From IMG/VR virus record IMGVR_UViG_3300028968_000002: 40,243 nucleotides of DNA; one strand, given 5' to 3'. Source of the DNA: a virus. Of this stretch, positions 8,796 to 16,084 are shown in pieces (position 1 is the stretch's first letter; the number at the start of each line of letters is the position of its first letter). The notes beneath the pieces are model-generated. The model saw only the letters and a program-made list of their open reading frames with translations, was not told the DNA's origin and made no database searches. A program made the translations under genes and the position numbers.

Positions 8796-8915
8796 ATTAT
8801 CTAACCTCCTATTGATTTTTATCTTTAGAGAATTTATAATATGATAGAGAAGTTTTTATAAGTTCTCTATTTTTGGAAGATATCCTGTTACTTTGGACGG
8901 TAGGGGGATATCTTT

Positions 8916-9068
8916 TTATTTGTCTTTATTATTATTTAGATATTCATGTATAGCCTTTTCTAAAACTTCTTGAATAGATGTATTTTCTTTTACGACTTTA
9001 AGTTTCAATTTAGTTCTAGTCTCTTCATCTACTCTAACTAATATCTGTTTTTGTGAACTTCTTTTCAT
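8916..9068 (-). CDS. Ribbon-helix-helix (Arc/CopG-like) protein, 50 aa; not in the supplied ORF track
   Basis: My own translation is MKRSSQKQILVRVDEETRTKLKLKVVKENTSIQEVLEKAIHEYLNNNKDK, with an AAAGGAG RBS. The beta-strand-helix-helix pattern (ILVRVDEETRTKLK...SIQEVLEKAI) fits RHH. A tandem 8-bp repeat atgttatc x2 (9097-9112) abuts a minus-strand TATAAT (9092-9097). Confidence 0.65.
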   Translation of the reverse strand: MKRSSQKQILVRVDEETRTKLKLKVVKENTSIQEVLEKAIHEYLNNNKDK

Positions 9069-9213
9069 TTTTACTCCTTTCTCTCTATCTAATTATATGT
9101 TATCATGTTATCATTTAAAATACAACAACATATTAGGAATATTTTTCAATAAATTATCGACAATAAATGATTTTATAATAAATATTTAATTATGATTATG
9201 CGTTATAAATTAA

Positions 9214-9245
9214 AAAGCTAGGGAAGTTATTTTCCTTAGCCTTTT
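9214..9245. terminator. Hairpin terminator, copy 2 of the duplicated 28-bp element (9217..9244)
   Basis: It is identical over 28 bp to 7644..7671. On the minus strand it is followed by TTTTTA, so it is positioned to terminate the integrase gene. Confidence 0.7.
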
Positions 9246-9292
9246 ATTGTATAATTATAGTAATAATATATTTCTTAGGGGTAATTTTACAT

Positions 9293-9332
9293 GTATCCAC
9301 ATACAGACAAACAATAATCCGTATGGGGATAC
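9293..9332. other. Imperfect inverted repeat next to the integrase stop codon (candidate attP core or integrase 3' hairpin)
   Basis: Arms gtatccacatac (9293-9304) and gtatggggatac (9321-9332) are 12 bp with 1 mismatch and a 16-bp spacer. No experimental or comparative support is available. Confidence 0.25.
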
Positions 9333-9335
9333 CAA

Positions 9336-10844
9336 TTATATTTTAAATTTAACCTCCAAAGTAAACTGTGCAAATCTCTTTTTTTCTTTATAATATAAAA
9401 TTTCCTTTATAACAGTTTTTAAAGCCTTGTTTTTCAGCTCTATGTTATCTGTATTTTCGTAACTTTCTATAGCACACTCTATATTTTGTGCTAATTCTTT
9501 ATAATCAATGTCCTTGCTAATTTCTACCTCTAATAACTTTTTAGTACCCTTTATAGCTATTTCTATTTCTTCTTTCTTATTTGCCAAAGTCTGTTGTCTT
9601 TCTAAAAAAGTATCTACATCATATATACCTCTTTCTAGTAAGTCGTGCAATCTGTCTTTTTGCTTATCTAGTTCTGTTTTTTCTTTATCTAAAGTAGTTA
9701 AAGTATTTTGTAACATCTCTAATTGCTTATTTTCTCTATCTTCTATTTCTGTATTATCTAATTCATCTTTAATCTCTTTTAATTTTATTTTTAGGATGTT
9801 TATGATTTCTTCTTCTATTAGATCTAACCTAGAAGAACCTACCTCATAACATTGTTTGCAGCGCAAATAAAGTACAGGACCTTCTTTACCTGTATTGTAA
9901 GATGCTACCATTGTATGTCTGCAATTAGAACATTTTACTATACCTGCAAGTGGATTAATTAGTTTTCTATCACTTTTCTTAGCGGGTATTTGATTATTTA
10001 TTCTTATTTCCTGAGCTTTTTCCCAGTCATCTTCCGATATAATAGGTTTGTGCTTTCCTTTACATACTATCATATCATTTCCTTTGTTTTTTCTTGTTTT
10101 AGTTCCTTTTCTCTTATATTCAAACCAAGTCACATATCCACAATAAGTTCTATTTCTTATAATCCTTCTAACCGCACATTCTGTAAAACATTTACCAGCA
10201 GTTGTTTTATATCCTAAAGCATTTAGATGATTCATTATTTTATAAGCACCTTCACCGTTTAAATACATGTCAAATATAAGTTTTATTGCTGGAGCAGTTT
10301 CTTCATCTATAATCATATGTCTTTTACCATATTCATCATATTTAAATTTATATCCTAAAGGGGCTGTTGAGCCTATGAAATTACCTTCTTCTATAGATTT
10401 AACTCTACCACGTTGCATACGTTTAGTTATTACTTTTAATTCCCTGCGTGCAAAGAATGTTTTAAATTCTGTCATTTCTTCGTCTAGGTCATTATTCAAG
10501 TCATAAGTTTTATCGGGGGTAATAATTAATGTTTTACTTTCCTTAAATGTATTAATTATTTTTCCCTGGTCCTGCATATCTCCACGCCCTAGACGGTCTA
10601 TATCCATGCATAATACGGCATCATACATATTCTCTTTAACTTCTTCTAATAGTTGCGTCATTTTAGGTCTTTTTGCAATGCTATCCCCACTAACTATTTC
10701 TTCTTTTATCTCTACAACATTAAGGTCCTGCTTTTTAGCAACTTCTAATAATGTACTTCTATGCCTAGCAAGTGTATCAATATCTTCTTTTTTCTCCAGT
10801 TCTTCATCAGCCCTAGATTTTCTAAGGTATATACATGTTTTCAT
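9336..10844 (-). CDS. int: Large serine recombinase (integrase)
   Basis: The N-terminal resolvase-type catalytic motif is CIYLRKSRADEE (Y-x-R-x-SR-x-D, as in clostridial TnpX/TndX-type enzymes). There is a recombinase domain, a Cys-rich Zn ribbon (CSNCRH...CKQC) and a long C-terminal coiled coil. An AGGAGG RBS is present. Confidence 0.92.
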   Translation of the reverse strand: MKTCIYLRKSRADEELEKKEDIDTLARHRSTLLEVAKKQDLNVVEIKEEIVSGDSIAKRPKMTQLLEEVKENMYDAVLCMDIDRLGRGDMQDQGKIINTFKESKTLIITPDKTYDLNNDLDEEMTEFKTFFARRELKVITKRMQRGRVKSIEEGNFIGSTAPLGYKFKYDEYGKRHMIIDEETAPAIKLIFDMYLNGEGAYKIMNHLNALGYKTTAGKCFTECAVRRIIRNRTYCGYVTWFEYKRKGTKTRKNKGNDMIVCKGKHKPIISEDDWEKAQEIRINNQIPAKKSDRKLINPLAGIVKCSNCRHTMVASYNTGKEGPVLYLRCKQCYEVGSSRLDLIEEEIINILKIKLKEIKDELDNTEIEDRENKQLEMLQNTLTTLDKEKTELDKQKDRLHDLLERGIYDVDTFLERQQTLANKKEEIEIAIKGTKKLLEVEISKDIDYKELAQNIECAIESYENTDNIELKNKALKTVIKEILYYKEKKRFAQFTLEVKFKI

Positions 10845-10951
10845 TTTATTTCCTCCTAATTAAAAAGAGCAGCTGCTAACTGCCCTGTACGTATCTATAT
10901 TATTAATTTCTATTTTGTGTAATCTTCTCCTTCATATTCTACACGTTATTG

Positions 10952-11644
10952 TTATTCTAAATCAACTCCTGTGGTTTCTTTAGTTTCTTTTACATTTTGT
11001 TCCCATGTAAAAACTTTAATTTCAGAGTTTTGAGCATCCTTATTTACTAATTTTACATCCTCATAAACATTACTTAAAAAATATGTATCCCAATCATCGG
11101 CAACTTTGTAATTATCTCTATCTTCATATTTTACAACATAATAACCATCATTTTTAGCTTGATAGAATATACCATAATCCTCATTTTCGACTTTAAAAAC
11201 AACTCCATCGAAATAATATTGTTCAGGTGTAAAAATTACATTACCAGTATTTGTTTTTAAAACTCTATTAGTATATGCTGAAACTTTATTTCCATTGGAT
11301 TCACTAAAAACTTCTTTGTAATTATGACTAGGAATAGTATTTATTAGTATAATTTCATCAGAGTAGTTTTCGGTTGAATAATCTTCGTTATTTGCGTATA
11401 AATCAATTTCAATATCCAAATCAAAATCACCATTATTTTTAACATATAATTTTTCGTCTTCACGCCATATATTTATATCAACACCTTGTTTTTCTAAAGA
11501 AAAATGCAATGATCTAGCAGTATTAGATTCTTCATTTTCTTGACTGGATATCTGTGAAGATGTATTTGCAGCTGGATTAGAACTACAACCTACAATATTT
11601 AAGCATAGTATTAAGCATAAGATAACACTTGATATTTTTTTCAT
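10952..11644 (-). CDS. Prophage lipoprotein (230 aa from the internal start)
   Basis: The signal peptide with lipobox is MKKISSVILCLILCLNIVGC-SS. The strong AAGGAGGAG RBS serves the ATG at 11644 rather than the track start at 11692. The gene lies between the integrase and the repressor. Confidence 0.8.
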   Translation of the reverse strand: MKKISSVILCLILCLNIVGCSSNPAANTSSQISSQENEESNTARSLHFSLEKQGVDINIWREDEKLYVKNNGDFDLDIEIDLYANNEDYSTENYSDEIILINTIPSHNYKEVFSESNGNKVSAYTNRVLKTNTGNVIFTPEQYYFDGVVFKVENEDYGIFYQAKNDGYYVVKYEDRDNYKVADDWDTYFLSNVYEDVKLVNKDAQNSEIKVFTWEQNVKETKETTGVDLE

Positions 11645-11783
11645 ATTACTCCTCCTTATATTTTTCTTAAATTGTAGCATAAATTTACACATTTTACCTT
11701 TATATACATAAATTTATTTTATATACAATTTATATATTCAATTTAAGAGTTGTTTGATGTATAATATATTATAAGTAATAAAA

Positions 11784-11799
11784 CAGAACATCTGTTCTG
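11784..11799. promoter_or_regulatory. LexA (Cheo/DinR-type) box candidate, CAGAACATCTGTTCTG
   Basis: It is a perfect GAAC-N4-GTTC core with 7-bp palindromic arms. It lies 18 bp downstream of a TATAAT hexamer (11760-11765) and 30 bp upstream of a small ORF. Confidence 0.55.
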
Positions 11800-11828
11800 A
11801 TAAATATTTTGTTTATAAGGGGGATAAC

Positions 11829-11927
11829 ATGGAGAATAAAGAAAAAGTATTATTATTAGGAGAATATTTTTTAGAAGAAATTTTAAAACTAATAGAAGAT
11901 AAGGAAAAGGAAGATTTAAATAAATAA
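11829..11927 (+). CDS. 32-aa acidic ORF (MENKEKVLLLGEYFLEEILKLIEDKEKEDLNK) downstream of the LexA box
   Basis: There is an AAGGGGGA RBS 6 nt upstream, and the ORF sits between its own promoter-like hexamer and a terminator. It is very short, so coding status is uncertain. Confidence 0.35.
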   Translation: MENKEKVLLLGEYFLEEILKLIEDKEKEDLNK

Positions 11928-12002
11928 GATTGGATATTTATTTGATATGTATCGGGATTAGGATTAACACATAGTGTAAATTATCTACTTTATAAGCGAA
12001 GC

Positions 12003-12034
12003 AAAGAGACTTAGAAAATCTAAGTCTCTTTTTT
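12003..12034 (+). terminator. Plus-strand rho-independent terminator overlapping the 3' end of the repressor gene
   Basis: A 12-bp stem (aaagagacttag / ctaagtctcttt) with a 5-nt loop is followed by TTTT on the + strand only. Confidence 0.7.
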
Positions 12035-12346
12035 AAATTGTTTAATCATTTCTATCATTGCATTAAATTCACTTTCTGATAATTTATCAGTAACATTAAT
12101 AACTTTCTTTTGTCTATCTGACAAATCTGTTTTAGGTTTTCTGTCATTACTATATCCAGTCAAATAATCAATGGTAACATCAAAGAATTTAGCTAATTTA
12201 AATAACGATTCTACATCACATTTTCTTTTGTCATTTTCCCAATTATAAACAGTCTGCTTACTTTGGTTTATTATTTTACCTAGTTCTTCCTGGGTTAGTC
12301 CCTTTTCTAATCTCAAACTCTTAAGTATTTCCCCTTGTTTTTTCAT
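12020..12346 (-). CDS. CI-like repressor, XRE-family HTH, 108 aa, with no S24 peptidase domain
   Basis: The sequence LRLEKGLTQEELGKIINQSKQTVYNWENDKRKCDVESLFKLAKFFDVTIDYLTG is a classic HTH_3 motif. The gene is divergent from a Cro-like gene. Confidence 0.85.
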   Translation of the reverse strand: MKKQGEILKSLRLEKGLTQEELGKIINQSKQTVYNWENDKRKCDVESLFKLAKFFDVTIDYLTGYSNDRKPKTDLSDRQKKVINVTDKLSESEFNAMIEMIKQFKKET

Positions 12347-12576
12347 GCACTTTCCTCCTATGCTTACATTTTATGCAAAATTATATATATTTATAATTAA
12401 ACAAAATGTATTACATTTCCTTGAAATTATAACATTTTAACGATTTTTTATCTATCTAATTTTAAAAATTGGCAAATAAAAATAAAAAAATAAAACAAAA
12501 TTTTTATTTAATAGTTGACAATAAACAAAATGGATACTATACTTAAGGTATAAATTAAAGAAAAGGAGGTTAAGAA
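12347..12576. promoter_or_regulatory. Genetic switch region with divergent promoters and repeated half-sites
   Basis: The rightward promoter is TTGACA (12515-12520), a 17-nt spacer, then TATACT (12538-12543). The leftward promoter has an extended -10, TGTTATAAT (complement of 12426-12434). There is a palindrome aaatgta-t-tacattt (12404-12418). The half-site AAAATGT/ACATTTT also recurs near 12366, 12432 and 12525. Confidence 0.6.
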
Positions 12577-12810
12577 ATGAGAGTAAAATCTTACAGAAAG
12601 TTTTATAACTTAACCCAAAGTGATATGGCAGATAAATTAGGAATCACACTTCAAAATTATTATCAAAAAGAAAATGGCATTAGAGAATTTAAATTATCTG
12701 AAGCTAAAAAGATAGCTGATTTATTTGATGTGAGCATAGAAGATATTTTTTTTGCTGATGAAGTAAACAAAATGATTACTAAAAAAGGTGAAATAAAGAT
12801 AGCTTTATAG
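12577..12810 (+). CDS. Cro-like XRE-family HTH regulator
   Basis: The HTH motif is NLTQSDMADKLGITLQNYYQKENG. An AAGGAGG RBS is present, and this is the first gene of the rightward early operon. Confidence 0.8.
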   Translation: MRVKSYRKFYNLTQSDMADKLGITLQNYYQKENGIREFKLSEAKKIADLFDVSIEDIFFADEVNKMITKKGEIKIAL

Positions 12811-12817
12811 AAAGGAG

Positions 12818-13714
12818 ATGAAATATATGGATTACATAAACAAAATGAATAACTTAGTTCAAAATTTAACAGTTGTAGAAAATGTTGAGGAATTTATTCC
12901 TATATATGAAACAGACAAAGGTGAAAAAGTTGTAAGTGGCAGAGAATTACATCAAGGTTTAGGAGTTCAAAGAGATTTTACAGATTGGATAAAACAACAA
13001 TTAAATTCGGTAGATGCTACTGAAAAAGACTTTTCCCTTTTAAAAGGGAAAACCTCAGAAGTGGGTGGTAGACCAACAGAAGAATATATATTAAAACTTG
13101 AGATTGCAAAAGAAATATGTTTAGTTGCTGGAGCATCACCAAGAGCAAATGAAACATTAAAGCAAAAATCAAAAGCTTATAGAAAATATTTAATTCAATT
13201 TGAAGAAAAACATAAAAATCAAATATCTAATTTAACAGAAAAACAAATGCTACAGTTACAAATCCTAAATGGAGATGAAATGGAGAGAATAGGAGCTTTA
13301 AAACAATATGAGGGAGTTATAACTAAACCTCTAATAGACACAATAGAAAAACAATCAGATGCAATAAATGAATTAAAACCTCATGCAGAATATGCAGAAA
13401 GAGTTTTAGAAGATAAAAAAACATTGTTAACTCCAACACAAATAGCTAAAGACTTCGGAATGGCTGGTAAAGCATTAAATGCATTATTACATGATCTAGG
13501 AGTTCAATATAAACAAAACGGACAATGGCTTTTATATGCTAAGTATCAAGGCAAGGGATATACAGGACCATATCAACCAGATATACCAAATGCTAAACCA
13601 CAGACAAGATGGACACAAGCTGGTAAGAAATTTATCCATGATATTTTAAGAAAAAATGGTTATAAAACAGTTTTAGAAAGCAAACAGCAACAACAAAGAT
13701 TTGATTTTAACTAA
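12818..13714 (+). CDS. Antirepressor-type protein (AntA/ORF6N-like N-terminal domain plus KilAC C-terminal domain)
   Basis: The N-terminus is VVSGRELHQGLGVQRDFTDWIKQQL...AKEICLV. The C-terminus is LLTPTQIAKDFGMAGKALNALLHDLGVQYKQNGQWLLYAKYQGKGYT. The start is more likely the ATG at 12827, which is 9 nt from GGAG. Confidence 0.8.
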   Translation: MKYMDYINKMNNLVQNLTVVENVEEFIPIYETDKGEKVVSGRELHQGLGVQRDFTDWIKQQLNSVDATEKDFSLLKGKTSEVGGRPTEEYILKLEIAKEICLVAGASPRANETLKQKSKAYRKYLIQFEEKHKNQISNLTEKQMLQLQILNGDEMERIGALKQYEGVITKPLIDTIEKQSDAINELKPHAEYAERVLEDKKTLLTPTQIAKDFGMAGKALNALLHDLGVQYKQNGQWLLYAKYQGKGYTGPYQPDIPNAKPQTRWTQAGKKFIHDILRKNGYKTVLESKQQQQRFDFN

Positions 13715-13727
13715 GGAGGATTTAAAC

Positions 13728-14135
13728 ATGGAAGATAATAAAAAATTAGAATTTACTTATTGTGGAGATATAAAAATAGAATTTGCAAATATTAGAGTGA
13801 TAGAAATAGGAAGTAGCCTTAAATTTACACTAGATGAAAGATTCCCTTGGATAAATGTTTATTTAGGAGATAATTCTGATGAAGGGTTTAGATATTTTGA
13901 TGAAATTGACATAGAATCATCACTTATAAATGCTGATGAACTCGTAACAATAGTGCTTAATTATTGTGTAGAACATATAAGATTTATAACTGATAAAAAA
14001 ATGAAAGAAAAGGTACAAAAATATTTTAAAAGACAAGAAAAAGAGAATCAAAAGGTAAAACAAATTTTATCTCAATATACAGATGAACAGTTATTAAATG
14101 AAGTTAACGAAAGAGGGCTTTTAGGGGGTAACTAA
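13728..14135 (+). CDS. Hypothetical early protein (135 aa)
   Basis: The AAGGAGG RBS serves the ATG at 13728, which is in frame within track ORF 13701..14135. Confidence 0.6.
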   Translation: MEDNKKLEFTYCGDIKIEFANIRVIEIGSSLKFTLDERFPWINVYLGDNSDEGFRYFDEIDIESSLINADELVTIVLNYCVEHIRFITDKKMKEKVQKYFKRQEKENQKVKQILSQYTDEQLLNEVNERGLLGGN

Positions 14136-14137
14136 AT

Positions 14138-14341
14138 ATGGCGATATACACAGGAACAGAACATTTTTACAGACGCAATCCAGAAGAAGTAGCCGACGTA
14201 TTAAGACATAAAGGATTTAAGGAAGAATGGAGTATTATAACTCCATTCCAACAAGAAATAAAGATGTATCATAAAATACAAAACAAGTTTGCTTTGCTTA
14301 GAAAACAAGGTAAACATACAGTAGTAAATTATTCAAGATAG
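14138..14341 (+). CDS. Hypothetical early protein (67 aa)
   Basis: The ORF is tightly packed in the + strand operon with a GGGGG-type RBS. Confidence 0.6.
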   Translation: MAIYTGTEHFYRRNPEEVADVLRHKGFKEEWSIITPFQQEIKMYHKIQNKFALLRKQGKHTVVNYSR

Positions 14342-14350
14342 GGGGTAGCA

Positions 14351-14431
14351 ATGTCAAAATACATAGTAGTAAGTATAGTTTTTTCAGTAGGGTTTTTCCT
14401 AGGAGCATGGTGGCATTCAATAAACGAATAG
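14351..14431 (+). CDS. 26-aa hydrophobic peptide (MSKYIVVSIVFSVGFFLGAWWHSINE)
   Basis: My own translation, with a GGGGG RBS 5 nt upstream. It is short, so support is weak. Confidence 0.35.
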   Translation: MSKYIVVSIVFSVGFFLGAWWHSINE

Positions 14432-14473
14432 GACAAATTTCAGACAGCATATTTTTACTAAGGGGGTGCTTAG

Positions 14474-14653
14474 ATGGAATATAAAGTAACACATGAGTAT
14501 GAAAATGACAGAGCAAAAGTGATTATGATGTCACCAGTAGGATTAACTGACAAAGAAAGAACAGCAATCTTAAAAGATATAAAGAAAGCGTTTTACGAAA
14601 TAGCAAAATACAATTATCTACAAGCACAAGAAGAAAGCGCTGGAGCAGTATAA
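14474..14653 (+). CDS. Hypothetical early protein (59 aa); not in the supplied track
   Basis: My own translation begins MEYKVTHEYENDRAKVIMMSPVGLTDKERTAILKDIKKAFYEIAKYNYLQ.... An AGGGGG RBS is present. It fits the operon polarity better than the low-complexity minus-strand track ORFs here. Confidence 0.5.
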   Translation: MEYKVTHEYENDRAKVIMMSPVGLTDKERTAILKDIKKAFYEIAKYNYLQAQEESAGAV

Positions 14654-14668
14654 AAAGGGGGTGAGAAC

Positions 14669-14797
14669 ATGACAATAACTTGCACTTTAGAAGAATTGCA
14701 TAGAATAACAAAAGAAAATCCAGAACTTACAATTGTTGAATTTATAGCAATGTTACAAGTTAAAAAAGCTGTAAATAGCATTAAGAAGGGGGAATAA
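14669..14797 (+). CDS. Hypothetical early protein (42 aa); not in the supplied track
   Basis: My own translation is MTITCTLEELHRITKENPELTIVEFIAMLQVKKAVNSIKKGE, with an AAGGGGG RBS. Confidence 0.45.
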   Translation: MTITCTLEELHRITKENPELTIVEFIAMLQVKKAVNSIKKGE

Positions 14798-14801
14798 ACA
14801 A

Positions 14802-15047
14802 ATGAAAACAAAAGAACAAATCTATAACGAAATTAAGGATCTAGTCCTAAAAACAAACACTGACAACTATATGGAATATCTAAAAACATTCAGACAAGTA
14901 TTCAATTCAAACATGACTCAAGAAGAAAAAGATGACATAAGAAAAAAAGCATATGAAGAATACCTAAAAAAAGAAGAAGATCTTTATGACATCCTTGCAC
15001 ATGCTTATATGGATTACATGCATGATGATAATCCAATATTTGCATAG
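14802..15047 (+). CDS. Hypothetical early protein (81 aa)
   Basis: An ORF with an AAGGGGG RBS; I recognise no motifs. Confidence 0.6.
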   Translation: MKTKEQIYNEIKDLVLKTNTDNYMEYLKTFRQVFNSNMTQEEKDDIRKKAYEEYLKKEEDLYDILAHAYMDYMHDDNPIFA

Positions 15048-15143
15048 TATAAAACAAGCTCCTTTAGAGTACCAGTCTAAGGGAGCAAATAAATACTATA
15101 TGTAATATAAGATACTTAAATTATAACATAAAAGGGGGATAAT

Positions 15144-15449
15144 ATGAAGTTTAAATTGCAAGCAGAGGGAGTTAAGCAATCCGATATAAAAACACTAGAA
15201 CAAAGATTATTCCTAGTTAGATTATACAGAAATGAAAGCGACCCAGAAGGTCGATTAGGTTTCATAGAAGGAGCAGAATTTGCTTTAAATAACAGAAAAA
15301 ACATGACAATAGGAGATTTTAAAAGACATTACATAAAAACATATGAAAAAATAGGACAAGTAAAACATGACAGTTATGAAAGCAGTTTATTATATGCTTT
15401 ACGACTTAATATAGAAGAATTAGAGATAAATAAGGAGGTTGAATTTTAA
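15144..15449 (+). CDS. Hypothetical early protein (101 aa)
   Basis: An ORF with an AAGGGGGA RBS. Its TAATG overlap with the ERF gene suggests translational coupling. Confidence 0.6.
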   Translation: MKFKLQAEGVKQSDIKTLEQRLFLVRLYRNESDPEGRLGFIEGAEFALNNRKNMTIGDFKRHYIKTYEKIGQVKHDSYESSLLYALRLNIEELEINKEVEF

Positions 15450-16084
15450 TGGCAGATAACCTATATCAAAAGTTATTAGCTATACAAGGAGAATTGAAAT
15501 GTAATAAGTCTCAATACAATTCCTTCGGGAAATATAGCTATAGAAGTTGTGAAGATATTTTAGAAGCAGTAAAAAATCTACTTGTAAAATATCAAGCAAC
15601 AATAATAATCACAGATGAAATTAAACTTATAGGTGACAGATATTATGTAGAAGCGAAAGTTAAATTTATAGATGTAGTAAGTGGACAATTTATAGAAAAT
15701 AGTGCATTAGCTAGAGAGGACGAACAACAGAAGGGAATGTCAGCTAGTCAAATTACTGGAAGTTGCAGTAGTTATGCTAGGAAGTATGCTTTAGGAGCAA
15801 TGCTGCTGCTTGATGATGTAAAGGATGCCGATGCAATTCATAGCAAAGAAGATAGCAACAAATCACAATCACATAGTCAAATAGATACAACAAGCACTAG
15901 AAAATTATCGGACAAACAGTTAGCCAGACTTTTCGCATTAGGATATAAAGCAGGATTTAATAATGATAAAGTAAAAGAGCAAATTTTTAAGAAATTTAAT
16001 GTAGAGCCTAAAAATTTAAATAAACAACAGTACGATACAGTATGTTTAGGATATGAAAATCTTATAGGGAATGGAGAAAATTAA
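15449..16084 (+). CDS. erf: ERF-family single-strand annealing recombinase
   Basis: The sequence LYQKLLAIQGEL...FGKYSYRSCEDILEAVKNLL...MSASQITGSCSSYARKYALGAMLLLDD matches the ERF core pattern. Confidence 0.8.
   Translation: MADNLYQKLLAIQGELKCNKSQYNSFGKYSYRSCEDILEAVKNLLVKYQATIIITDEIKLIGDRYYVEAKVKFIDVVSGQFIENSALAREDEQQKGMSASQITGSCSSYARKYALGAMLLLDDVKDADAIHSKEDSNKSQSHSQIDTTSTRKLSDKQLARLFALGYKAGFNNDKVKEQIFKKFNVEPKNLNKQQYDTVCLGYENLIGNGEN

Noticed and set aside
9508-10863. Plus-strand track ORFs 9508..9849, 9990..10217, 10267..10506 and 10606..10863
   Set aside because: They lie entirely antisense to the well-supported serine integrase gene, are low-complexity Ser/Leu/Phe-rich translations typical of the reverse frame of AT-rich genes, and have no RBS.
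14298-14811. Minus-strand track ORFs 14298..14516, 14523..14711 and 14614..14811
   Set aside because: They are Leu/Phe-rich antisense artefacts. The + strand here holds three small ORFs, each with a GGGGG-type RBS, consistent with the operon direction.
15058-15085. The hairpin gctcctttaga...tctaagggagc after 14802..15047 as a terminator splitting the early operon
   Set aside because: No U-run follows the stem, so the evidence is insufficient. It may be an RNA processing or stability element.
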